Origin: Prorocentrum cordatum
Lineage: Eukaryota
DNA: 43,409 nt
Assembly (NCBI GenBank): GCA_963575745.1
Contig: CAUYUJ010000259.1
Coordinates: 620,001-663,409 of the forward strand
Direction of reading: 5' to 3'
Shown: positions 13,640-24,659 of the stretch, in pieces
Layout of the letters: the number at the start of each line of letters is the position of its first letter
Position numbering within the stretch: the first letter of the stretch is position 1
Notes under the pieces: model-generated
Databases searched by the model: none
Told to the model about the DNA's origin: nothing
What the model saw: the letters and a program-made list of their open reading frames with translations, nothing else
Program-made: the position numbers and the translations under genes

Positions 13640-14840
13640 GCGGACGCTGCCACCAGAGCCGTCGGTGGAGCACCCTATGGGGCCGCGGAACATGCAAGGG
13701 GGGTGGAACTGCATGCGGACCCTGCCACTGGGGCCTTCGGCGGAGCACCCTATCGGGCCACGAAACTTGTGAGGGGTGTGCCGAAATGGGGGTGTGGAAC
13801 CGCATGCGAACGCAGCACTGTGGCTTCCGGTGGAGCTCGCTATGGGGCCACGAAACGTCCGAGGGGTGCGCCGAAATGGAGGTGGAACTGTATGCGGACC
13901 CTGCAACTGGGGCCTTCGGCGGAGCACCCTATAGGGCCACGAAACGTGTGAGAGGTGCGCCGAAATGGAGGTGGAACTGCATGCGGACCCTGCCACTGGG
14001 GCCTCGGGTGGAGCACCCTATGGGGGCCACGAAACGTGTGAGGGGTGCGCCGAAATGGGGGTGGAACTGCATGCGGGCCCTGCCACAGGGGGCCTTCGGT
14101 GAAGCACCATTTAGGGCCACGAAACATGTGAGGGGTGCGCCGAAATGGGGGTGGAACTGCATGCGGACCCTGCCACAGGGGGCCTTCGGCGGAGCACCCT
14201 ATAGGGCCACGAAACGTGTGAGAGGTGCGCCGAAATGGTGGTGGAATTGCATGCGGACCCTGCCACTGGGGCCTTCGGCGGAGCACCCTATGGGGCCACG
14301 AAACGTGTGAGGGGTGCGCCGAAATGGAGGTGGAACTGCATGCGGACCCTACCACTGGGGCCTTCGGCGGAGCACCCTATGGGGCCACGAAACGTCCGAG
14401 GGTTGCGTCGAAATGGGGGTGGAACTGTATGCGGACCCTGCCACTGGGGCCTTCGGCGGAGCACTCTATGGGGCCACGAAACGTGTGAGAGGTGCGCCGA
14501 AATGGAGGTGGAACTGCATGCGGAGCCTGCCACTGGGGCCTTCGGCGGAGCACCCTATAGGGCCACGAAACGTGTGACGGGTGCGCCGAAATGGGGGTAG
14601 AACTGCATGCGGACCCTGCTACTGGGGCCTTCGGCGGAGCACCCTATGGGACCACGAAACGTGTCAGGGGTGCGCCGAAATGGATGTGGAACTGCATGCG
14701 GACCCTGCCACTGGGGCCTGGGTGGAGCACCCTATGGCGGCCACGAAACGTCCGAGGGGTGCGCCGAAATGGAGGTGGAACTGCATGCGGACCCTGCCAC
14801 TGGGGCCTTCGACGGAGCACCCTATGGGGCCACGAAACGC
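13640..14840 (+). repeat. 89-bp tandem array, right arm, inverted relative to the left (~13 units)
   Basis: Reverse complement of the left-arm unit (GGAACTGCATGCGGACCCTGCCACTGGGGCC...). Confidence 0.95.
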
Positions 14841-15605
14841 AATACTAGGTGGGTGAAACGCAGGGAGGAGGGAGAAGGGGGAGGAGGGAGGGGGCAGCGG
14901 GAGGTGGGAACGCGGGGCGCTGTCTCTTCAAAACGAGGACCCAACACCACAGGATGGTTGGGAAATAATCAGGAGACGACTTTTTGACTATTGTAGTGGC
15001 CTCCGGCCAGTGCCGCCGATCCGGGGCGCTCTTAATCCTCCTACTCCTCCTCTTCTTGCTTCTCCTCCTCCTCCCGCATCCTCTTCCTCCTCCTCCTTTT
15101 CGTGCGCTTTCCGCTCCTCCTTTCCCGCCTTTGTGTCCTCCTACTCCTCCCTCATCTCCTCTTCTTCCTCCTGCTCTACGTTTTGTTCCCCCAAATTCGT
15201 TTTTTTGTGTAAAAAACGTGTTTCCTCTCCTGATCCTTTTTTTTCTCCTCCGAGAGCGTCTCGTCGTTCCTCGAGGACCGGCCCACCCTGTCCTGGCCCC
15301 GTCTAGGGGCTAATAGAGATCCCTTAGGGGGCTTCAAGATAGCCTCAAGAGGGCTCTAAGAGAAGGAGGCCCAGGTCTCATCGAACCGCTGTTCTCGATG
15401 AGACCTGGCGCGCTCCTCCTGGAGCCCTCTTGGGGTCCTCTTGTCCCACTCCTGGTGCCCCTCGAGAGCCCTCTCACACTGTCTGGGTCGGCTCTTCTGG
15501 CTCCAAGAGATTTCCAACCGGGCCTTACGAGGGTTCCAAGAGGGGTCCCAGAGAAACCAAAATGGGCTTCAGGAGAGTCCCAAGAGGGGCGCGCGAGGTC
15601 TCATC

Positions 15606-15865
15606 GGTCCCGGGACCCGGGACCGGCGCATGCAGGACCCTGGACCCGGACCGGCGCACCGGGTTTCGCGCCGGTCCCGCTTCCCGGGTCTCGCGCAGGT
15701 CCCGGGTCCCGGGTCCCGCGCCGGTCCCGGGTCCCGGGTCCTGGGTCCCGAGCCGGTCCCGGGTCCCGGGTCCCGCGCCGGTCCCGGGTCCCAGGTCCTG
15801 GGTTACGCGCCGGTCCCGAGCCCCGGGTCCCGGGTCCTGGGTCCCGCGCCGGTCCCGGGTCACGC
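15606..15865. repeat. 25-bp GC-rich satellite, block 1
   Basis: CCCGCGCCGGTCCCGGGTCCCGGGT units. The first ~55 bp are in the opposite orientation. Confidence 0.9.
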
Positions 15866-16349
15866 CTGAAGGCCCTCGGCCTTACTAGTTGTTAGCAGCA
15901 GTTGTAAGTAGGTTATAGGTAAGTTGCAACTAGGTTGCAAGTAAGTTATAACCATTAGTAATGTTACTAAGTCGGCTAACTCGGGCGGTGCATTTGGAGG
16001 TAGATAGCTTGAGTTAGCGAAGTTGCTAACTTCGCTAACTTTTACATGCTTACTTGAAAACAGAGCTGCTGCATCGGGTTTTCCTTGGATGTTGCCTCCA
16101 GAAACGCATGCATGTGTTTGGATTTTCGGGATCACGCATATCGGAAATCATGATCCAGACTTGCGTGCGAACGCATTCAGAATATTGTATCGAGCGTTAC
16201 AAGAATGTTGTGCATTGCAAATGCAACATATCATTTCGAATTCGCAACCCTCTGTTGCACATGTTTTTGAATGTCACTAGAGTTTGGGCTCCAGCCGTTT
16301 GGGCGAGGATTGCTGCTGGCGCTTGTGGCGTCCTCCTGCACGCGGCGTG

Positions 16350-18767
16350 ATGAACGCCTCCCGTGAACAGCAGATCGCGGAGGTCCGCCCCAAGATGATT
16401 GGCATCAAGGACATGCATTTGCATCCTGATGCAGCGGTGGTCTCATTACTTGAAGACGTATGCAGCATTGCAAGAGGCATAGACTGCCTGAGGGTAGAAA
16501 AAATACACTCGAAGTATATGATGGTGTGCACAGAGAATCGTTACGGAAATGGAATCATTCCGAGCGAGGTTATGGATTTGATTTCCAAGATCTTCAAAAA
16601 TGGATTCAAGAACTCAGCCCTCCAGAATCCAGCTTGCATGGAACTTCCACCAGTGGGCACGCCTGAGTACAATACAATCAAGAACTTCAATTTCAAAATA
16701 ATGGAGGACTCAGCGGGCCAGCTGCCGCAGTATGATTGCGATGCAAAGTTCGCATCCTATACGTGCGGCCACGCATCCATGGGTTTGCGTTGCATCAACG
16801 CAGGGGTTCCAGTACCCACGGTCATGCCAGAGCGTTTCGACAGAATCTCGCACCAAGGGAAATTGCCACTGACGAGGTCACGGGAAGTTCAACCAGACTA
16901 CGCTAAGGCGTGTGACGAAGGAATTGAGTGGAAGGTCTTTCGGTGCGAGTTCGTGAAGGAGTTCCCGTGGATTAGTAATCTTGCTCAGGAGGCTGGCAAT
17001 GCAGGCCAACAAATTGCCAGATGCGAATCTCGCATGAGTCTCATGTACAAGATCGCAGCAATTGCCAACCGACACCACACGGGTGGCACCATGATCGATT
17101 GGGATAGTGTGATCCGCGAGGCGACTCGCGCAGGCTCTCTCTTTCCTGGGGAGATCGATGGCTTAGTAAAATATGTGAAGGAGTTGTCTGGCGGCCTCGG
17201 CAACCCGATCTTTCTGAACGAGCTTCGCGACTTCTCGCGGCAGCTGACCTCCCAGTGCGTGGTCACGGGTTCAATGGCGAAGTCTCTCGCCGAGGTGCAG
17301 ATCAAGCATGAGGGGGCCGCTGCGACATTCAAGCTCGCATGCATGAAGGCGATGACATGTGCGACGGGTAAGTTCGCGAGGGATGGCCATCGGATGCTTT
17401 TGAAGCCAGGCGACGTGACCGCCTTGTCGAGCGATAAGAAGTCTACGATTGTAATGGTGGCCGATGAATTTCTTCAGAAAGTGCGACAGATCGCATGCGG
17501 TGAGGGCATCACGGCAGACACGGTCGCCTACGGCACCATCGTGGGATTGACTGACGTTCGCGTAGTTCATTTCGTGTTCAACAAGCCCGATGAGCGCTTA
17601 GGCACTTGCAAGACGCTGAATGACATCGGGGTCAGCTTCACCACTGCGTTGGCAACGCACGTTGGCAAAGCAGTTGCTAGCCCATGGAAGCAGATCGGTC
17701 GCGAGGGCGCATCCAAAGCCGTGACAGGGCAGGCGCGTAGCTCAGATGTGAAAGAGCACACCGCTTCGGGCAAGTGGTCGAACCAAGTGGACAAGCTCAG
17801 TGACAAGGGGTTTGAGGTTGGCGCCAAAGTCGCCTTGGCGAGCGACACCTTGGGTGAGAACATTTACGAGCTGATCTCCATCGACGCTGCGACTGGCGTG
17901 AAGTTGAAGCTTCAGGCCACGGGCAGTGCGACATGCCACCCCATCGACGACTTCTTACGTGGCAAGTTCGTCGTGTCCACGATTATGAAGGACAGTCTTG
18001 CGACCTCGTCGCAATGCATGTGGAATGCATATACACCCCCACACCTTTGAATTCTCGTTCGTCGTTCCCTCATCTCATTTGGCTCTGCGCCGTCATGTCT
18101 CATCTTTTGTTTCGCCGCTGCTCCCCCATAGAGGAAACGATCGACAAGTTCGCTGACCATGGCCCCCTCAAGTCTGTCGATTACCAGTGGGGCATCGAGG
18201 AGGCCAAAATCAGGCTGGCCTTGGATGATGTATACAGCCAGAACGGCAACTGTCTCAAGTACTTGAGTGGCGTGATTACGCCTGTTAAGCTTCGTGCTCT
18301 CACCGTAACGCGTTCGTTTGAGGCTGAAGAGCTGGTGCTTGTCCCACTCTCTTCGGCAATCTACTTGAAGAAGCAAACTGATATAGTTCAGCGTGGGCAT
18401 GCGTTTATGAAGACATACAAGGACCCCAAGGGATTGACGTTCAATATCGTGTTGGCCCCCCAGTGGTGGCATCAAGATTCCTAAGGCTGAGACGAACACT
18501 GGCGTTGGAGGGCTGAAGCAGGCACCGTCTTCGCTCGTCATCCCCTTCTGGCTCGCGCAGGATTCAGGTGAGCACGGCACCCCCAACATGAAGCTCAAGA
18601 CCGTCAAGTCTACAGCTGCCCCATCAGTGTATGTACCAATTTTGACGAACAAGTGCGCCATCAACAAGGGCGATGTCCTTAGCGCCCAGCTGGCATCGCT
18701 CATGCCCAAGCGCAAGGTAGGCGATGTGCCTGCTGCGCCCGCGGCTAAGAAGGCCAGGAAGCGATGA
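16350..18767 (+). CDS. Large cargo protein with a ParB/Srx-like N-terminal region and C-terminal NLS-like tail; spliced, one frameshift
   Basis: Non-repetitive ORF containing ENRYGNG..EVMDLISKIFKNGF..FASYTCGHASMGLR. A putative GA-AG intron at 17991-18133 restores the frame (K|ETIDK). A +1 slip in a poly-C run at ~18460 joins it to ...PFW..NM..VPILTNK..AKKARKR* (TGA 18765-18767). The ParB call is by eye only. Confidence 0.7.
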
Positions 18768-18986
18768 GGCTCGCGTGTTGGCAGCATCGGTTACACATAC
18801 CATGTGTCGTGGGGTGGTGTTTATGAAATGTATGAAAGCATCGTCGGTATCGTTCCTCTGCAATCGTTGCATCATTGCGTCAACGCGCATCGGACTCGTC
18901 TGCAATTGTCCATTGCATCGGCCCGCAGGCGTTTGGCTGTGTCCAAGCGAGTGCACGCTGCATCTGCGCACGCACTGCAGCTGCAG

Positions 18987-20438
18987 ATGGCAGTGAGCGT
19001 GCAGCTCCGCACGGTCATCGAGGGGGGCGGCCTTGCGGATCGCGAGCCATGGGTCCCGAGGGCGGTGATGCATGCGGCAGGGGGGCTCTTCGTGGAGCTG
19101 TCGAGAGCGGATAGGCAGCTGCAAATTTATTTCTGTGCCCAACCCCACCAAGAGCCAATCGCCTCTGGCGACAAATTCGTTTTTTCGCCGCTTGCACCGA
19201 GGCCATTTGGGACCACTTGAAGCAGGCCGACCCATTGCTTCAGCAAGATTGCGACAGGGCCAGCGTCATTAAGAACAATGGGAGTTCTCTGGATATGTCG
19301 CAATCGTGGACGCTTCGCGTATTCCCACCAGGGGAGGAGGAAGGAGAGGAGGAGGATGATACATTGGATGATGAGGTGGAGTGGCGGGGGAGGGGGGCGA
19401 GGAGGAGGGGCTGAAACAGAGGGGGATGGTGGAGGAGAAATGGAGGAGGGAAAGGGGGAGGAGGAAGGAGCATAAGGATGACAAAAAAGGATGATGAGGA
19501 GGAATAGGAGATGCCTTAATTCGCTTGCGTGAATAGGCCGCTCTTGGACCACTCTTGGATCGATCTCTTGACCTTGAGACTTCTTGGGCAATCTTGGATC
19601 GCGTGATATCTTGGACAAGCTTGGGCAATCTTGGGTCGCGTGATACCCATGCCTGCATGTTGAGGCATCGCGTGATATTGGGACATATCCGTGGACATCT
19701 TGAAGTATATATGAGCCCCTCTTGGAACCACCGTCCAGGCAAACCACTCCCCCAAGGGGATGCAGGGCGTAGAAGAGAACGCATTCTAGACATGTGCCCT
19801 AAAGGGATGGTGGTCTACCAGAAACTGTCTCGATATATATGCCCGCAGTCCAGTGCGACCATGGTGATGGGCATTTGCATCACGATGCAGTTACCTTGAA
19901 GCTTCTGTTTGAGCTGAATGCTACTAAGAAGGTGTGGGTCGAATGTACGCCAACGGGACTTGAGTACATACGGGTTGCATCTATCGCAGCAGCGGTTTCA
20001 TGCAGTCAGGAGGCAACACATCGCTTGCGGTCAGCACCAGCAGGGGTGGAAGGTGTGAAATGCGACAAACGTCGCAGGACGGTGTTCATGGTGGTCGACG
20101 GCAAGCGTCTGCAGGAGCGAGTGGACGATTGGACTCCCACGTACATCAACAACGCAGCCCAATCCCTTCGTGATCGCTTAGATAACGAGGCACGTGATGA
20201 GGCTGAAGCTGATGGGTCCGAGGAGTACTATGACCCGCCAGTCGCAGCAGGCGATGGCTCGCCACCAGGCGATGGCTCGCCACCAGGCGATGGCTCGCCA
20301 CCAGGCGATGGTTCGCCAGGCGATGGTTCGCCGCCAGGTGATGGTTCGCCAGGCGATGGTTCGCCACCAGGTGATGGGCCGCCCTCTGTTTTCACTCGCC
20401 GACGGGAGATGCGCCAGACGACGCTTAGCTTCCAGTAG
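18987..20438 (+). pseudogene. Interrupted hypothetical cargo gene with a C-terminal (GDGSPP)n repeat
   Basis: Starts MAVSVQLRTVIEGGG at 18987, has frameshifts near 19120-19220, and is interrupted by purine-rich and repeat sequence at ~19325-19785. It resumes as LPETVSIYMPAV..KKVWVECTPTGLEYI and runs to TAG at 20438. The 18-bp repeats lie at 20250-20380. Confidence 0.55.
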
Positions 20439-20512
20439 CTCCACTCCCTCTTCGCCTTCCCACCTCCCCTTCCCTCTCCCTCCAATCTCTATTCTATTTT
20501 TGCCTCGCGTGC

Positions 20513-21862
20513 TCAGTCCGAATCTGGCCCCGCTGGCGGCGGGGACTCAGTAACAGAACTCAGTTCAAGATGCGGAGGGCCATCGTCGCGCATGCCGCTG
20601 TTCGGCACATCGGCGTCCCTGCCCATGCTCATGCATCCGTCGTGGTCCGTGTCGTCGAGCAGGCCATGACCGTTCATGTCGCCCTTGCCCTCGCCGGAGC
20701 CCTTGCCACCGTCGTAGCCCCCGCCGCTGTCGAGGGCCGCCGCCTTGCCCTTACCACCGTCGTTAATGCTCTTGCCACCGTTGTAGCCCTCGCCATCGTC
20801 GTAGCCCTGGCCACCGTCGTAGACCTTGTCACCGTCGGTGCTGCCCTTGCTACCATCGTAGCCCTTGCCACCGTCGTAGTAGCCCATGGCCTCGTCGTCG
20901 ATGCCCGTGCCACCGTCGTAGCTTGTACAGCCGCGATCGATGCCATCAGCACCCTTGCCATCGTCGTAGCCCTTTTCGTAGCCCTTGTCGTAGCCCTTGT
21001 CGTAGCCATTGACGTAGCCCGTGTCGTAGACCGTGTCGTAGCCCTTGCTCGAGCTGCCGTACGGGTCGTAGCCTTTGTCGCTGCCCTTGCCGCCGTCGCA
21101 GCCGTTGTCGAAGCCCTTGCTCGAGCTGCCCTTGGCGCTGCCCGTGCCACCGTCGCCCTTGTCGTCGGCCTTGCCGCTGTCCGGCATCATGCCCTGCAGC
21201 CCGTCACGCTGCTCCTTCGCCAGCCTGATGTGGCCCCTGCCGCTGTCGCCGTCCTTGTCGCGGCCCTTGCCGCTGCCGTCCTTCTCGCGGCCCTTGCCAC
21301 TGTCGTAGCCCTTGCCCTTGCCACCGTCGTAGCCCTTGCCCTTGCCATCGTCGTAGCCCTTGCCACCGTCGTCGTAGCCCTTGCCATCGCTGTCGTAGCC
21401 CTTGTCGTAGCCCTTGTCGTAGCCTTTGTCGTAGCCCTTGTCGTAGCCTTCGTCGTGGCCCTTGTCGTAGCCTTTGTCGTAGCCCTTGCCATCGCCGTCG
21501 TAGCCCCTAATCAAGAGCTCGGCGATGTCGAGAAGCCTATCTGTCAGCCGCCGCTCCCGCTGGAGCTCCTGTATGGAGGGCGAAAATCCGCCGACCTCCC
21601 TCCTCCTGCGACACAGATTGACAAACAACGGGGGGTCAGTGAACCTGCCCCCTACCGCTGTGCACAGCTCGGGGTCAGCACACCTCCGAGCTCTCTGGAA
21701 ACAAGGGCCCAAGCTGAACCAATATCCAGCGGCCCCGAAACAGTAGCTCCCCCTGGGCCAGGCCTCTGAGCACCCTCTTACCCCAGGCCGAGGGGTGCCC
21801 ACAGACCTGGCCCAGCTTGACAACCTGCGTGGAGTAGACGGCCCCACACCTAACACAGACAA
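20513..21862 (-). CDS. G/Y/D/K-rich low-complexity protein (KGYD repeats); true start uncertain
   Basis: Open frame with GC3-biased GYDKG repeats. It shares HIRLAK..EQ.DGLQ..M.D.GKAD and KGSSSKGFD with the gene at 22714-23982. Confidence 0.6.
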   Translation of the reverse strand: MSVLGVGPSTPRRLSSWARSVGTPRPGVRGCSEAWPRGSYCFGAAGYWFSLGPCFQRARRCADPELCTAVGGRFTDPPLFVNLCRRRREVGGFSPSIQELQRERRLTDRLLDIAELLIRGYDGDGKGYDKGYDKGHDEGYDKGYDKGYDKGYDKGYDSDGKGYDDGGKGYDDGKGKGYDGGKGKGYDSGKGREKDGSGKGRDKDGDSGRGHIRLAKEQRDGLQGMMPDSGKADDKGDGGTGSAKGSSSKGFDNGCDGGKGSDKGYDPYGSSSKGYDTVYDTGYVNGYDKGYDKGYEKGYDDGKGADGIDRGCTSYDGGTGIDDEAMGYYDGGKGYDGSKGSTDGDKVYDGGQGYDDGEGYNGGKSINDGGKGKAAALDSGGGYDGGKGSGEGKGDMNGHGLLDDTDHDGCMSMGRDADVPNSGMRDDGPPHLELSSVTESPPPAGPDSD

Positions 21863-22713
21863 CTCCGCCAGAGAGATCTCCTCCCCCTCCTCCTTCTCCT
21901 CCTCCTCCTCCTAATCCTTCTCCTCCTCCTCTTCCTCCTCATCATCCTCGTCTTCCTCCTCGTCCTCCTCATCCCCCCTCATCCTTCTCCTGTGGCTCTC
22001 ACCCCAGCAGTCCTCTTGCAGGCGGCGCAGCGCCTCCGCGGAGGCGCTGCCATGGCGGCGCGGGCGGCGCGCGCGGGCCACCCGCGCGCGGCCACGCCCC
22101 CCTGGGAGGAGAAAGGGGTCCTCCAGGGGGCCTCGGTCCAGAAACAGCAGCGCGCGCAAATGGGGGGAGGGGGGGGGGGTGCGATTCAGGTGAGGGGGCG
22201 ATTCGGGTGAGGGGGCGTGGCTGCGTCGCGAATCGTTTCGCGCTGTGCACTCATGGGTGCATGCAGCAATGCATGCGTTGTTTCAGAGTCTACTTGGGGA
22301 TGTGAACTTGAAAATGAGATGCGTTAACATCGTCGTCTGCGTTCGCTCGAGACAGCCTCACAATTAACTCAGCATCACACGACCTCACAATGAACTCAGT
22401 ACCGCGAACCATGATGTTGGTTATGGTATGCCATGCAATGCTACGCTATGATGTGAATATCCCTCCCCGGCCTCATCCCCTCCGTTGCCACCGCCGTTTA
22501 GGCCCGAGCGTTGCTTGGGTCGCGACAGTGCGCGACCAGCTGCAGCGCTCCACGCGCAGCAGCTACCAGCGCTCCGCGCGCAGCAGCACCAGCTGCAGCA
22601 GCACCGCCAGTGCATCCAGCAGCTCCACGCGCAGCAGCACCAGCTGCAGCAGCGCCACCAGTGCAACCAGCAGCACCACCCGCAGCAGCACCACCAGTGC
22701 AACCAGCAGCACC

Positions 22714-23982
22714 ATGGCGGACGAGACCGCGGTGACGCTGCTCCTGGAGGCGGCGGAGGATATCAACCAGCGGCGGCGCGCGGCGGCCGCGGTCTTGCAG
22801 CCCACCAGCAAGGTGGCCCCTCGGCCGCCAACCACGCCGCCGACGGCGAAGGTCTTGGCGAAGTACGATCGCTCGCGCGTGGCCGACAACTTGCTCGATG
22901 ACATGGGCATGGCGCCCGCGCTGGATCCCGAGTTGAACTCGTTCCAGGGCCTGCAGGAGTTCATGGGCGACGGCGATGGCGACGACACGGGCTACGACTA
23001 CGCCAGCTACGACGGTGGCAAGGGCATCACCGACGGTGGCAAGGGCTACGGCGGTGGCAAAGGCAGCTCGAGCAAGGGCTTCGACAAGGGCCACGACGAT
23101 GGCAAGGGCAGCGGCGAAGGCTACGACATCGACAAGGGCCGCGACAAAGGCTACCACGGTGACAGGGGCGACGTGGGCTACGACGGTGGCAAGGGCGACA
23201 AGGGCTACGACCGCCGCTACGACCCGTGCAGCTCCAAGTGGTATGACCGCCACAGCTCGTGGTACGACCGCGACGACGATGACTACGACAACAGGTGGTG
23301 CGACCGCAAGCGCTGGGGCGACTACGACAAGGGCTCGAGCAAGGGCTACGACAACAGAGGCTACGACAGCAAGGGCTACGACAAGAGTGGCAACTACCAG
23401 CGTGGCTACGACAACCGTGGTTACAACAACCGTGGCTACGACAACCGCGGATACGACAGCAGTGGCTACGACAACCGTGGCTACGACAACTACGGCAACA
23501 GTGGCTACGACAGCCGTGACTACGACCGCAAGGGCGACAAGGGCTACGATCGCAAGGGCGACAAGGGCTACGATCGCAAGGGCTACGACGTCGGCAAGGG
23601 CTACGACGGTGACACGGGCTACGGCGGTGATCCAAGCTACGACCGTGGCGATACAGGCTACGACAGTGGCAAGGGCATCGACAGTGGCAAGGGCCACGAC
23701 GGCGGCAAGGGCGATAAAGGCTACGACGGCGGCAAGGGCTGGCGCGAGGAGAAGTCCCGCGGCGGGCGCCACATCAGGCTGGCGAAGGCCCTTGCCACCA
23801 AGGAGCAGCTGGACGGGCTGCAGGACCTGATGTCGGACCGCGGCAAGGCCGACTACGTCAGGTGGAGCAAGCGGACGCACTGGCGCATCTGGGTGGAGGA
23901 AAACAATACAGATCTAGTTCTATCGGGCCCCCTCATCCCTCCTCCTTCAACGGTTCTTACCAAGGACGAGGGGGAAGGATGA
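22714..23982 (+). CDS. G/Y/D/K-rich low-complexity protein, paralogous to 20513-21862
   Basis: ATG in accATGG context after a CAG-rich leader. It has a unique N-terminus (MADETAVTLLLEAAED), then GYD repeats, then a unique C-terminus. Confidence 0.7.
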   Translation: MADETAVTLLLEAAEDINQRRRAAAAVLQPTSKVAPRPPTTPPTAKVLAKYDRSRVADNLLDDMGMAPALDPELNSFQGLQEFMGDGDGDDTGYDYASYDGGKGITDGGKGYGGGKGSSSKGFDKGHDDGKGSGEGYDIDKGRDKGYHGDRGDVGYDGGKGDKGYDRRYDPCSSKWYDRHSSWYDRDDDDYDNRWCDRKRWGDYDKGSSKGYDNRGYDSKGYDKSGNYQRGYDNRGYNNRGYDNRGYDSSGYDNRGYDNYGNSGYDSRDYDRKGDKGYDRKGDKGYDRKGYDVGKGYDGDTGYGGDPSYDRGDTGYDSGKGIDSGKGHDGGKGDKGYDGGKGWREEKSRGGRHIRLAKALATKEQLDGLQDLMSDRGKADYVRWSKRTHWRIWVEENNTDLVLSGPLIPPPSTVLTKDEGEG

Positions 23983-24215
23983 GGGCCAAGAACTGGATAT
24001 GGAATGTGTTCCTCCTCCCGACATCTGGGCGGAGGCGGCAGTTCGCCGCTGATCCGCAGCGCCAGACGCCACTACCAAAGCGGCGCCGAAGCCGCCGCTG
24101 TCGCCATTGCGCCTCGAGCGCCCGTGCCGCCACCAGCGCGGCAGCAGGCGTCGAGTCCATTCTAGACCGCGCGCTGCATCTCCTCCGTCGGGCATGATCT
24201 ATTATGGTGGGGGTT

Positions 24216-24510
24216 GTCGTATGTAAGATTCTGACATACGACGCAGTTGTCGTATGTAAGATTCTAACATACGACAAAGTTGTCGTATGTAAGATTCTGA
24301 CATACGACACCGTTGTCGTATGTAAGATTCTAACATACGACGGATGTGTTAATATAATCCTTATGATATCTATAAGAGCGAGATGTCGTATGTACGATTC
24401 TTACATACGACAACGTTGTCGTATGTAAGATTCTAACATACGACAGATTTGTCGTATGTAAGATTCTGACATACGACAGATTTGTCGCATGTGAGATTCT
24501 GACATACGAC
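24216..24510. repeat. Array of eight 27-bp palindromes (33-bp period) arranged 4 + 43-bp spacer + 4
   Basis: GTCGTATGTAAGA-T-TCTDACATACGAC starts at 24216, 24249, 24282, 24315, 24385, 24418, 24451 and 24484. The AT-rich spacer is 24342-24384. Confidence 0.95.
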
Positions 24511-24659
24511 ACCAAGGGTTTGAGCTCATGTTTAGAGTAAACTTCGAGGGTCTCCATCTCGCTCGTGGTCGACGTTGCGCCTAGAATTGGCTTGTCTGCT
24601 TGGCTGCGCTGCCCGCGGCTGCGCTGGATCATGTTGATAAGTGATGCATGAGCGTGGCG

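Larger units (their letters stand above)
11482..14962. mobile_element. Foldback-type non-coding element with long inverted arms
   Basis: The left end CCCAACCATCCTGTGGTGTTGGGTCCTCGTTTTGAAGAGACAGCGCCCCGCGTTCCCACC (11482) is the reverse complement of the right end (to 14962). The inner arm ends (~13190-13331 and ~13508-13650) are also inverted copies. The unique spacer is ~13332-13507. No target duplication was resolved. Confidence 0.85.

Noticed and set aside
11600..14990. Many overlapping ORFs (GPCHWGLRRSTLWGHET...)
   Set aside because: These are translations of the 89-bp repeat. The period is not a multiple of 3 and the same peptides appear in all frames.
20570..23880. Long V/A-rich and T/R/A-rich ORFs
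   Set aside because: Antisense and shifted-frame shadows of the GYD-repeat genes.
24216..24510. CRISPR array
   Set aside because: The repeats are palindromic, but the linkers are only 6 bp apart from one 43-bp spacer. There are no cas genes and the context is eukaryotic.
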